Source: a virus (Duplodnaviria > Caudoviricetes). Taken from it: 42,361 nucleotides of DNA. The stretch is from IMG/VR virus record IMGVR_UViG_3300020151_001303, positions 1-42,361 of that record. One strand, 5' to 3'. Below the pieces are notes generated by a model. It saw only the letters and a program-made list of their open reading frames with translations, ran no database searches and was not told where the DNA came from. Both the position numbers and the translations under genes were made by a program. This document shows positions 17,558 through 27,236 of the stretch, piece after piece. Position 1 is the stretch's first letter. Every line of letters starts with the position of its first letter.

Positions 17558-17776
17558 ATGGCATATAAAATAATTGAACATAACGATGAACAACGAACAA
17601 TTCATGTTGACGTTGAAGGCACATCACGCATTTTACTTTATCCAAACGATATTAATTTATTTGAAGAAATGACAACAGCAGATTTAGATTTGTGGATTGA
17701 GGGTTTTATAAACGTTAATGTTGCAACAGAAGAAACAGAAACACCTGTGCCACAACAAAACCAATGGATATATTAG
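17558..17776 (+). CDS. Small protein similar to the N-terminal domain of the preceding chaperone
   Basis: MAYKII…DLDLWIEGF versus MSYKIV…DLDVYIRGF. Confidence 0.65.
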   Translation: MAYKIIEHNDEQRTIHVDVEGTSRILLYPNDINLFEEMTTADLDLWIEGFINVNVATEETETPVPQQNQWIY

Positions 17777-17777
17777 T

Positions 17778-19028
17778 ATGAAAATATTTCTACCTAATAG
17801 TATAACACAAAGAACCAACTTGGTTAGTAAGTTGAATGGTTTTGGTATACAAACAACAAGCAATTACAATGATTCAGAATGTACGGCATATTTGACTATA
17901 TTAGAACCGGATGCTTTGTTGTTTGATAACATAGAAGATATTCAAACATATGTAGAAGTATATGGTGGCCACACTCCGTCTTTTTTAAGTTCAAAAATTA
18001 AATCAGTAAATGAAGATTTAGCTGACAAATGGTTGTTACATAAGGCTCTTGCCGATAATCAGTTACCCACTATCCCTACCATTTTACCTACTTCTATAGA
18101 AGAAATACAAAACTTTTTTAATGAACATTCTGCAGTATTTTGCAAGCCTAGAGTGGGGTCCGCAGCAAAACATCCTGTTTTACATAGTATAGGTTTAGGC
18201 ATTGAAATAAACGAAAGTGTTAGTGATGATATTAAGAACTATATTAAAACAATTCCAATTCCAACTTCTGATGTATACTATAAAAAATTTACATCTTATG
18301 CTGATTTTATTGCCAATGTCAATATTGAAAATTTTTTAGAAATACAACAAAACAATAAGTCGTTAAGAATGCATCAATGTATACTACAGCAAGCCATGGA
18401 TTTTAATTTTATCAAATATTACACTGGATGGGTTAATGGAAATGGAGATATTTACATAGAGCCAAAATCAGATAGTTTTCAGGATAGTTTTATACCTGAT
18501 CCTATCAACAATCGCCGAATGGTTACTACAGAAGCATTATATAATATTGTAAATACTCCATCTTTTATGAGTGATTATGGTAGGTTAACAGCTTTCAACG
18601 ACCCTAATAATATTTTTGCCTATCTTAATAATGTGTTTAAAATAAACAATATTAAAAATACTCCTTTTTCCGTTCAAGTTATACAATGCAACAATCAATT
18701 AATTATTATGGACTACACTTCTCGAGCAGAAAAAATGTTATCAAATGCATGGTCCAGTAATAATCTTATTGTGAATAGACTAAACTATATGCATGATGTG
18801 ACCTTAGATGTAATAGACGATACCAATTGTATGTGTTATTTTGTATGCCACATGCCTAAGGGGGGAATTAATTCGAATATTAAAAGTTTGATTGAAAAAT
18901 ATAACATAGAAATTAATGTTCCTGTTAAATTACATAGTATTATAGTAGGACTGCGTGCATATGGTTCAACTACACATGAAATACAAAACAACATCAAAGA
19001 ATTTTTGACCGAGTTGAAAAAATTATGA
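17778..19028 (+). CDS. Divergent ATP-grasp-fold protein; likely start MKIFL at 17778
   Basis: ADKW…L….LPTIPT, VFCKPRVGS, ILQQAM, VQVI…IIMDYTSR occur in ATP-grasp order. Confidence 0.6.
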   Translation: MKIFLPNSITQRTNLVSKLNGFGIQTTSNYNDSECTAYLTILEPDALLFDNIEDIQTYVEVYGGHTPSFLSSKIKSVNEDLADKWLLHKALADNQLPTIPTILPTSIEEIQNFFNEHSAVFCKPRVGSAAKHPVLHSIGLGIEINESVSDDIKNYIKTIPIPTSDVYYKKFTSYADFIANVNIENFLEIQQNNKSLRMHQCILQQAMDFNFIKYYTGWVNGNGDIYIEPKSDSFQDSFIPDPINNRRMVTTEALYNIVNTPSFMSDYGRLTAFNDPNNIFAYLNNVFKINNIKNTPFSVQVIQCNNQLIIMDYTSRAEKMLSNAWSSNNLIVNRLNYMHDVTLDVIDDTNCMCYFVCHMPKGGINSNIKSLIEKYNIEINVPVKLHSIIVGLRAYGSTTHEIQNNIKEFLTELKKL

Positions 19029-19864
19029 GATTGATCTATAAAACATTGCTAGGAAGTTTATTTTTTGTTTGTAATTTGGCAGTTTCTCAAACTGTTTACA
19101 CTGCCGGTGAGCAACAAATAAACACAATAAAAGATATATTATTTCCCAATTTGGTAATAGAAAAAGTACCCGGCGCACAAGGAGCCTTGGCTTGGCAAAA
19201 AGTACTACAAAATAAAAATTCAATTGTAATAACAACCACAAGTTCCACTTACATAGCTCCTCTTGAAAGTAATTATGTTCCAGGGATTGAAGATCCAACA
19301 AAAGAAACTGAACTATTAGCTATATTAACACGAAGTCAACAAGCTATTTTTGTTAGTGTTAAATCTCCAATTAATACAATTACAGACGTTAAATCTTACG
19401 ATAAAACTTGGTTTGTGGGAGGCATAGGAGAAAAAGGTATTTGTAGTCTTTTAATGTCTAAACTTGCAGAAAAATATAAAATTAATTATACCTATGTGCC
19501 GTATAAACTATCTCAACAAATTAGTAATGATATGTTAGGTGGCCATATTGATGCGCATTGTACGACTATGGGAGCATTAAATGTTGGAGATGCATACATT
19601 AAAAACAATACTGGGAAATTAATATATACATTTGATAAAGATTTTGATGCGTTTGCTCGACTTTTTATTTACGCAAATAAAGAGTTGCCAACAGAAACCA
19701 AAGATCAAATTATAAAATCGGTTACTAGAAAATTGACCGAACAAGAACAGTTGTTTGTAAAAAATAACAATTTAACGCTCGATATACATACTAAGGCGGA
19801 AGCAGTAAAAATCTTTAACTACGAAAGAATATTTTGGAATAATCTTAAAAAGGAAAAAAAATGA
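19025..19864 (+). CDS. Bug/TctC-like periplasmic solute-binding protein
   Basis: Signal peptide; VIEKVPGAQGALA, SPINTITD, VPYK…DMLGGHIDA motifs. Confidence 0.75.
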   Translation: MRLIYKTLLGSLFFVCNLAVSQTVYTAGEQQINTIKDILFPNLVIEKVPGAQGALAWQKVLQNKNSIVITTTSSTYIAPLESNYVPGIEDPTKETELLAILTRSQQAIFVSVKSPINTITDVKSYDKTWFVGGIGEKGICSLLMSKLAEKYKINYTYVPYKLSQQISNDMLGGHIDAHCTTMGALNVGDAYIKNNTGKLIYTFDKDFDAFARLFIYANKELPTETKDQIIKSVTRKLTEQEQLFVKNNNLTLDIHTKAEAVKIFNYERIFWNNLKKEKK

Positions 19865-20487
19865 AACATTTTATGATAGTTGTTTTGAGTTTGTTTAGTA
19901 TGTCCGTTTTGGCACAAACAAAACCTGATGTGAATAAAGAATTTGGCTTAAGATCAGTAACTGTTGGCCTTGAAAAAGGATACACCAAAACAGTAAGTGG
20001 TACAGATGTGAACAAAATGGGAGAATCCACTACCTTATCGGTAGGAGCAATTTATAATAATAATATGACATTTGATTGGAGAGCTATGACGAGCCAACAA
20101 AATTCTTATAGTGAAAAATTTGGTAGTCCCACATCATACCAAGAAATTGGACCAGGATACAGATATTCCCTAGGTAAAGACCTGCCAACAGCGTCAATAA
20201 AAGTGTATCTTCAACAATATGAAAAACCAACAAAAAGATATCTAGGATATGCAGTAAACCCTTCTATTAGTGGTAAGATATTGGGAAGTGACTTTGGTTA
20301 CCTTATTGGTTATAAGAGATTTGATTCTTTTGAAGATAGCCTCTTGAACACAGCAAGACATACCCAAAGAATTTATACTATATCTTATAGCATCAACAAA
20401 AACCACAGCGTTTATGTAAAGAAACAGGACCAAAGGGGTTACACTCAATATGATGGCCTTTATGTCGGTTATAGACACACTTTTTAA
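19861..20487 (+). CDS. Putative outer-membrane beta-barrel protein
   Basis: Signal peptide (VLA|Q), alternating aromatic strands, C-terminal YVGYRHTF beta-signal. Confidence 0.7.
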   Translation: MKHFMIVVLSLFSMSVLAQTKPDVNKEFGLRSVTVGLEKGYTKTVSGTDVNKMGESTTLSVGAIYNNNMTFDWRAMTSQQNSYSEKFGSPTSYQEIGPGYRYSLGKDLPTASIKVYLQQYEKPTKRYLGYAVNPSISGKILGSDFGYLIGYKRFDSFEDSLLNTARHTQRIYTISYSINKNHSVYVKKQDQRGYTQYDGLYVGYRHTF

Positions 20488-20519
20488 GAACGATTGTTTA
20501 AAAATCTTTAATCCGAGTA

Positions 20520-20527
20520 GATAAATA
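20520..20527 (+). promoter_or_regulatory. T4-like late promoter (GATAAATA) for gp25
   Basis: 4 nt before the gp25 ATG. Confidence 0.7.
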
Positions 20528-20531
20528 AAGA

Positions 20532-20921
20532 ATGGCATTAACTAGAATCTACTCCGACATCGACTTCACATTTACCAAGAAACCGGTAACGAATGATGTC
20601 GCCTTGAGTTTTGATACTCAGGCAGTTATTCGTTCTATTCGTAACCTATTATTGACTAGGCATTATGAACGACCTTTTAATCCAGACTTAGGTTCAAATA
20701 TTGACGCTATGTTGTTTGAAATGGTTTCTCCTCTATCTGCTACCAGTTTGGAGAAAGAAATTCAAAATGTGATAGAAAACTATGAACCAAGAGCCACAGT
20801 AGATAGTATCGTAGTATCTGCTCAACCAGACAACAATGCGTATAATGTTACCATAACATTTTACATAGAAAATGCTACATTACCAACCACAGTAACACTC
20901 CTTTTAGAGAGAAACAGATAA
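20532..20921 (+). CDS. gp25: Baseplate wedge subunit (gp25-like)
   Basis: YSDID..F…SIRNLLLT..YERPF.P..GS…LFE…YEPR. Confidence 0.93.
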   Translation: MALTRIYSDIDFTFTKKPVTNDVALSFDTQAVIRSIRNLLLTRHYERPFNPDLGSNIDAMLFEMVSPLSATSLEKEIQNVIENYEPRATVDSIVVSAQPDNNAYNVTITFYIENATLPTTVTLLLERNR

Positions 20922-20922
20922 G

Positions 20923-22989
20923 ATGGCAGGAGCTAATTCAAATATTCAGATAACAGATTTGGATTTTAATACAATTAAAACCAATCTGAAACGATATCTA
21001 CAATCACAGAACACACTAAAAGACTACAACTATGAAGGTTCTGCACTCTCCACTCTTTTAGATATTCTTGCCTATAATACACAATACAATGCCTACTATT
21101 TAAATATGGTGGCCAATGAGATGTTCTTGGATTCAGCTATTCAACGTCAATCAGTAGTATCTCACGCCAAGATGTTAAACTACACACCAACATCTGCATC
21201 GGCTCCATCTGCAATAATTGACCTAAAAATTAATCAAGTTACAGATTTGGCTGTAACATTACCAAAATTTACCAATTTTATCTCAGAAGCCATTGATGGT
21301 GTCAACTATCGTTTTGTGACAGTAACAGACACTACTGTAAATACAAATACAGTTAATCAAACGGCCACATTTTCAAATCTAACCATTAAACAAGGTGAAC
21401 CAGTTAATCTCACATTTAATTATGATGCGGCTCAAAATCCTTCAATAACTTTTGAATTGCCAGATCCTACAATTGATACATCAACATTAACTGTAGTTGT
21501 ACAACAAAGCACCTCAAATACATATTCAGAAGTATATTCATTGGCAGAAGCTTATTTGGAATTAGATTCTACTTCTGTTGTGTATTTCTTGCAAGAAGGG
21601 CCTAATGGCAATTATCAAATTTACTTTGGTGATGGAATTTTAGGTAAATCATTAACTGATGGTAATCAAGTAATTGTTTCATATATCACAACAAGTAGCA
21701 CAGCAGCGTATGGTGCTAACAACTTTGTTTTAATGGATACTATTGCCGGATATTCAAATACAGTTATCACACCAATTACATCAACAACTCAAGGAGCAGA
21801 TATAGAATCACTTGATTCTATACGTTACACAGCACCAAAAGCATATTCTGCACAAGGTCGTGCTGTAACAAAAGAAGATTACATCTATCAGATTCAAAAC
21901 AATGCTGGTGTGATTCCAATTGAAGCAGTAAACGTGTGGGGCGGAGAAGAAAATGATCCTCCTGTATATGGTACTGTTTTGGTTGCTATCAAACCAAGAG
22001 GTGGTTATGTACTGACAGAAGCACAAAAACGAATTGTTGAAACTGAAATTATTAAACCTATTAGTGTTTTGACTGTTGTGCCGAGAATAGTGGACGTTGA
22101 TTATACTTATCTGGTTATTACATCAAACATATTGTATACACCAAGGTTAACCACATATACTGCAACACAGTTAGAAAGCCAAGTGTTGAGTGCCATTCAA
22201 TCATTTGGTAATAGCACACTAAACACATTTAATTCAACATTTAAATTATCTTCTTTAATATCTACCGTACAATCTGTAAGTCCTTCATTTATTACAAATG
22301 ATGCTTCTATTCTTTTACAGAAACGATTTGTACCTGATTTATTAAATTCAACAACATATACTTTTAATTTTGATACATCTTTAAAGAAAGATATCTATTC
22401 TGGCAGTATAACGGCCAGTCCCACTTTTCAAATGAGAGATTCAAAAAATAACAACGTTATTAGAGGAGTTGTTTATTTGGAAGAAACACCGGCATCTACG
22501 TCAACTATTGAATCGATTTCAATTGTAAATCCTGGTTTTAACTACACATCAATACCAACAGTTACTATCGTTGGCGATGGTTCTGGTGCTACTGCTACTG
22601 CCACAGTTATTAATGGTCAAGTTGTGAGTATTAATATTATAACTCCTGGTTCAAATTATACTCAAGCATTAGTTCAAATATCTGGTGGTGGCGGTTCGTT
22701 AGCTTCCGCATATGCTGTATTGACAGGAAATATAGGAACATTAAGAACCTATTATTATAATAATGGAGTTAAAACAATTTTAAATCCTACAGCCGGTACA
22801 GTAGATTATGGTGCAGGCACAGTAACACTAACTGCTTTTAATCCAACAGAAATTAATAATTCAACTGGAGTTCTAAGTATTCAAGCAGTACCAACTTCTA
22901 CGATTATTTCTTCAAGTAGAGATAAAATTGTCACTCTTGATACGAGTGATCCAAATTCAGTCAATATAAACATTACTGCTAGAACATAA
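20923..22989 (+). CDS. gp6: Baseplate wedge subunit (gp6-like)
   Basis: LDF..IK..L..YL…DY.YEGS.LS.LLD.LAYNT…NE.FLDSA..R.SVVS.AK; Q.RAVT..DY; WGGE. Confidence 0.93.
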   Translation: MAGANSNIQITDLDFNTIKTNLKRYLQSQNTLKDYNYEGSALSTLLDILAYNTQYNAYYLNMVANEMFLDSAIQRQSVVSHAKMLNYTPTSASAPSAIIDLKINQVTDLAVTLPKFTNFISEAIDGVNYRFVTVTDTTVNTNTVNQTATFSNLTIKQGEPVNLTFNYDAAQNPSITFELPDPTIDTSTLTVVVQQSTSNTYSEVYSLAEAYLELDSTSVVYFLQEGPNGNYQIYFGDGILGKSLTDGNQVIVSYITTSSTAAYGANNFVLMDTIAGYSNTVITPITSTTQGADIESLDSIRYTAPKAYSAQGRAVTKEDYIYQIQNNAGVIPIEAVNVWGGEENDPPVYGTVLVAIKPRGGYVLTEAQKRIVETEIIKPISVLTVVPRIVDVDYTYLVITSNILYTPRLTTYTATQLESQVLSAIQSFGNSTLNTFNSTFKLSSLISTVQSVSPSFITNDASILLQKRFVPDLLNSTTYTFNFDTSLKKDIYSGSITASPTFQMRDSKNNNVIRGVVYLEETPASTSTIESISIVNPGFNYTSIPTVTIVGDGSGATATATVINGQVVSINIITPGSNYTQALVQISGGGGSLASAYAVLTGNIGTLRTYYYNNGVKTILNPTAGTVDYGAGTVTLTAFNPTEINNSTGVLSIQAVPTSTIISSSRDKIVTLDTSDPNSVNINITART

Positions 22990-25910
22990 TGTCTTTAAGT
23001 AAAAAAACTTCAGTACAAATTGCTCAACAACTTCCTGAATTTGTTCGGGACGATAGTAACTATGCAAATTTTGTACTTTTTCTAGAGGCATATTACGAGT
23101 GGCTTGAAACTCAATATACAGCCAATGCCAATAGTACCATCGTTAGTACCACAAGCCAAGGTATAACGTATGGTTCAAAAAACATTTTAAATTATGTTGA
23201 TGTTGATGAAACACTTGATGATTTCGTTCAATACTTCATTAATGATTTTCTTCCATATGTTCCTGCTGAAATTTCGGCAGACAAAAGAAAATTATTAAAG
23301 ATATCAAAACAGTTCTACCAGTCAAAGGGTACTGAAAACTCATATAGGTTTTTGTTTAGGGCATTATATGGTGCTGATGTAGAGATTTTTAATACTAATG
23401 ATGCCATTTTACGAGCATCTGATGGTAAGTGGATTATTCCAAAATACCTAAGAGTCGATTCAACCACTCATACTGAAGAAATGCATATGAATTGGTTGGC
23501 CGCTCAAGGTTTAAGAATTTTTGGTGAGACCAGTAAATCATATGCGGCAATTGAATATGTTGCAATTGTTGGCGACAGAACAGAAATATACATTTCAGAA
23601 ATACAAAATAGATTTCAGGCTGGTGAAAATATTACAGTTGTTGATAATAACAATGCTGTAGTTTATTTTTATGATGGGGAAGTTTATATACAAGGCCAAG
23701 GTGAAATTCCTATGGCAGCAATGCCATTAACGGAAAAAATTACTGGTGTAGTTTCGACAATTACAGTTAATCCTAATCATAGAGGTCTGTTTTATAATCC
23801 TGGAGATCCAGTTGTTGCTTATGGTGGTTTAAATCCTGAAAAAGCAAATCCTGTAGGACTTTCAGCAGAAGTTGGTGACACTAATCTTGGTAGTTTGTCA
23901 ACATTAGTTGTTGTTAATCCTTCTCATGGATATAGATTACCATCAAATACTTTAATATCGATAACTGGTGGTGGAGGTAGTAATGCCGCCGCACAAGTTT
24001 CTTTATTGGATGAAAGTAAATTTGCAAATTTAACATTGGTAACAAGTAATACATTGGGCGCTGTTGCTAACGTTATATTAGGAAATACAACTCATCCAGC
24101 AACATATACCTTTGGTGGTGCAGGAGTTATTGCTCCAGGAAATACAAATACAACTCTAGCAAATACTTTAACATTTAAAACTTTTACTGTGGCACCAATA
24201 GGTTCTGTACAAATTACCAATGCGGGCAGAAATTACACCAGTACTCCAAGCATTTCAGCTCAATCAAATTACACAACAGATTTTGGCACCGATGATTTTA
24301 AATTTTTAGGTATATTACAACCTATTCAAATTGTGAATGCTGGTGTTAACTATGGCAATTCAAATACAATTACAATTGAAAATGGCACAGGTTTTGGAGC
24401 ATTTGCAAACATTACAGTAAATGCTGCTGGGTCAATTATTTCTGCAAATTACATTTATGGTAGTTCAAATAGTGCATATCCTTTAGGCGGTCTTGGTTAT
24501 GACCCCAATTATTTACCCACAGTAAACATATCATCTTTATCTGGTTCAAATGCTTCACTTGTAATACCTGGTGTAATGGCAGTAGGCGCAACATTTTCAC
24601 CAACAACAGACACCATTGGATCAGTAGAAACAATTACTATCATTGAGGGTGGTGAAGATTATGTTTCTACTCCAAATCTATCGTTAAAAGTTGCTGACGT
24701 TGCTGTAACAAATGTTTCACTTTTATATTCCATAGTTTCTGGTGATTTAATTTATCAAGGCAGCACATTAAACACCAGTTATTATGCTTATGTTGATACC
24801 ACTTTAAAGTTAAGCACTGCATCACCACCAAATAGTGCAAATGATGTATATCAAATTAGAACTTACGATTATGTGGGTTCCTACAATTCTACTTTACCAT
24901 TAAAAATCAATAAAAGCGTTGGAAATACGATTTATACTTTAGTTATGACGCCTAGTAATTCATATGTCGATGAATTTGGAAATCCAACATCAATTAAACG
25001 TTATGGTGATGGCACAGCAAGAGCCGATGCATCGTTCTTAGGTGGACTAATTGTCGGCGAAGGTCGTTATCTCAATGATGATGGTTGGCCTTCTTCATTA
25101 GGTAGAGTGTTGGAAAGTGAAAACTATAACAAATACACATATATTTTATCTACCACACAGGCCCTCGCAAAGTATAAAGAATTAGTATTGAACTTATTAC
25201 ATCCTTCTGGTATGAGGATGATAGGTCGTAATTTATTAAAATCGGCCAATTCTTTCAATATGAGTTCTGAAGATGCACTACAAATAGGATATCCATTGTC
25301 TTACGTTGCTGGTTCTGCCGCCTATGCCACACTATCCGTTATTTCCACATCATCAACGATTAGTAACAACATCATTAAATTAACCAATGTTATCTCTGGT
25401 AATATTGGTAACACTATATTTGCCAACGATTTCATAGAATTTACTGCAACCAATAATATTCGAGCCTATTCGACCATTACTAATGTAGATTGGTCAAATA
25501 ATCAGATTTATATGCAAGATAATGTGTTTTTGACTTTTGCAAATGTTGCTTTTGCTTCCATAGGTTCATCTTCAAACGTCATAAATATAAACACCTTGAC
25601 TGGACAATACAATGGTAATTTTAGAGAATTAGCTAACTCCAACAGTATATTCTTTGTGGGTGACACAATTTCTTTAAATAATGGTGGAACGTTCTATACA
25701 ATTACTAAAAGATTTGCTAATGGTAACTTCTCAATAAATGACAGTTCTTTGGGGCCAATAGCAAATACAAGAATTACCGTTAATAAAAATGCTAATACAC
25801 AGTCAGTAATAATTTACGGAGATGTTGGTTTATATGACACTCCACAACTAGTAACAGAAAATGAAGAATCGCTTATGACCGAAAATGATCTCTTTATATT
25901 AATAGGGTAA
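22989..25910 (+). CDS. gp7: Baseplate wedge initiator (gp7-like)
   Basis: QLPEFV…F..FLEAYYEWLE…FY.SKGT..SY.FLFR.LY…LRASDGKW…LLHPSG; position after gp6. Confidence 0.8.
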   Translation: MSLSKKTSVQIAQQLPEFVRDDSNYANFVLFLEAYYEWLETQYTANANSTIVSTTSQGITYGSKNILNYVDVDETLDDFVQYFINDFLPYVPAEISADKRKLLKISKQFYQSKGTENSYRFLFRALYGADVEIFNTNDAILRASDGKWIIPKYLRVDSTTHTEEMHMNWLAAQGLRIFGETSKSYAAIEYVAIVGDRTEIYISEIQNRFQAGENITVVDNNNAVVYFYDGEVYIQGQGEIPMAAMPLTEKITGVVSTITVNPNHRGLFYNPGDPVVAYGGLNPEKANPVGLSAEVGDTNLGSLSTLVVVNPSHGYRLPSNTLISITGGGGSNAAAQVSLLDESKFANLTLVTSNTLGAVANVILGNTTHPATYTFGGAGVIAPGNTNTTLANTLTFKTFTVAPIGSVQITNAGRNYTSTPSISAQSNYTTDFGTDDFKFLGILQPIQIVNAGVNYGNSNTITIENGTGFGAFANITVNAAGSIISANYIYGSSNSAYPLGGLGYDPNYLPTVNISSLSGSNASLVIPGVMAVGATFSPTTDTIGSVETITIIEGGEDYVSTPNLSLKVADVAVTNVSLLYSIVSGDLIYQGSTLNTSYYAYVDTTLKLSTASPPNSANDVYQIRTYDYVGSYNSTLPLKINKSVGNTIYTLVMTPSNSYVDEFGNPTSIKRYGDGTARADASFLGGLIVGEGRYLNDDGWPSSLGRVLESENYNKYTYILSTTQALAKYKELVLNLLHPSGMRMIGRNLLKSANSFNMSSEDALQIGYPLSYVAGSAAYATLSVISTSSTISNNIIKLTNVISGNIGNTIFANDFIEFTATNNIRAYSTITNVDWSNNQIYMQDNVFLTFANVAFASIGSSSNVININTLTGQYNGNFRELANSNSIFFVGDTISLNNGGTFYTITKRFANGNFSINDSSLGPIANTRITVNKNANTQSVIIYGDVGLYDTPQLVTENEESLMTENDLFILIG
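25580..25587 (+). promoter_or_regulatory. Candidate internal late promoter (CATAAATA)
   Basis: Late-promoter-like octamer about 330 nt upstream of 25914. Confidence 0.4.
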
Positions 25911-25913
25911 AAA

Positions 25914-27224
25914 ATGGCAACAGTAAAAATATCAGAACTACCAGAAATATACCATTTAAGTACTAACACAGAAGCAACTTTAGTTGTTGGTGTTAATTTG
26001 GATACAGGTACAACAGGAAAAATAAATGTGGCGACTTTAGGCGAAGGCCTTTATGCCTATCAACCATTAAAAGTTGGTGAAAATCAAGTTTTATTTGCAA
26101 ACACCATTGGACAATTTTCTGGTAATTCCAATACTTATTTACAAATCAATAACCAAAACTTTAACTCCAATGGTTCATCTGATTATGTAGCGCATGCCAG
26201 TGATTCTGATAATTCAAACAAATTTATTGATATGGGTATTAATGGGTCAACGTTTAATGATCCAACATACACTTCAATGAGGCCATATGATGGTTATTTG
26301 TATACTTATGGTCCGTCAGCATTAAGTGCTTCGGGTAATTTAGTTATTGGTACCGCATCTTCTTTTGCAAACATTGTTTATATTGTTGGTGGCACAGTTA
26401 CCAACAATATTGTAGCTCGCATGACCAAAACTGATTTACAGTTGTCTGCTAATTATAATATTAAATTTGGTGACGGTTCTATACAATCGGTTGCTGCTAG
26501 TCCAGTAAATTATTCTCAGGCCGCTTTTACATTAGCCAATAACAATTCTGTTTTATCTCAAGCCTCATTCAACGTAGCTAATACAGCATCTGCAAATACA
26601 TTTATAACTCAAGGTGTGGATATTACACAAAACACTAGATTGACAGTAATTGAAGGAACAGATGTTAGTCAAAATGCTCGAATGGCCATCATTGAAGGTT
26701 CTAACGTAACACAGAATACTAGATTGACAGTCATAGAGGGCACCGATTCATCTCAAAATACCGGGATTTTGGCCACAGATAGTAAAATGCAGTCGGCTTA
26801 TAGTACAGCTAATAATGCTTTTTCTAAAGCCAATAATGCATTGGCGAATACTTCAGGTATATTTGCTGGAGATTTAACAGTAACCGGTAATGTTAATCCA
26901 CAAAAAGGATTTATTTTTAATTCTTTACAATATAATAGTTCACAAACAGCAATTACTATAGATTTTGCAAATAATTCATTAGTACAATGTAACACTTCTA
27001 CTGGATTAGTTGTTTCTTTAACTAATCATATTCCAGGAAAAGTAGTTGATTTATGGGTTACAAACATCTCTGGTAGTCCACATACATTTACACATGGATG
27101 TAATGCACAAAAATCTACCGTAGGTAGTACGACTTACACAATATCTTCTGGTCATAGTATTTTAGCTAAATATTATTCGTTTGATAATTCAATTTCCAAT
27201 ACATTCGTAGCGATTATAAATTAA
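25914..27224 (+). CDS. Baseplate-associated fibre protein with short coiled repeat segment
   Basis: MATVKISELP N-terminus; QNTRLTVIEGTD repeats shared with 37138-41265. Confidence 0.6.
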   Translation: MATVKISELPEIYHLSTNTEATLVVGVNLDTGTTGKINVATLGEGLYAYQPLKVGENQVLFANTIGQFSGNSNTYLQINNQNFNSNGSSDYVAHASDSDNSNKFIDMGINGSTFNDPTYTSMRPYDGYLYTYGPSALSASGNLVIGTASSFANIVYIVGGTVTNNIVARMTKTDLQLSANYNIKFGDGSIQSVAASPVNYSQAAFTLANNNSVLSQASFNVANTASANTFITQGVDITQNTRLTVIEGTDVSQNARMAIIEGSNVTQNTRLTVIEGTDSSQNTGILATDSKMQSAYSTANNAFSKANNALANTSGIFAGDLTVTGNVNPQKGFIFNSLQYNSSQTAITIDFANNSLVQCNTSTGLVVSLTNHIPGKVVDLWVTNISGSPHTFTHGCNAQKSTVGSTTYTISSGHSILAKYYSFDNSISNTFVAIIN

Positions 27225-27236
27225 TAGGATTATATA

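Noticed and set aside
8756-17777. Longest-ORF starts at 8791(-), 11679, 17019 and 17718
   Set aside because: They overlap neighbouring genes or a promoter; starts at 8755, 11703, 17088 and 17778 fit gene packing better.
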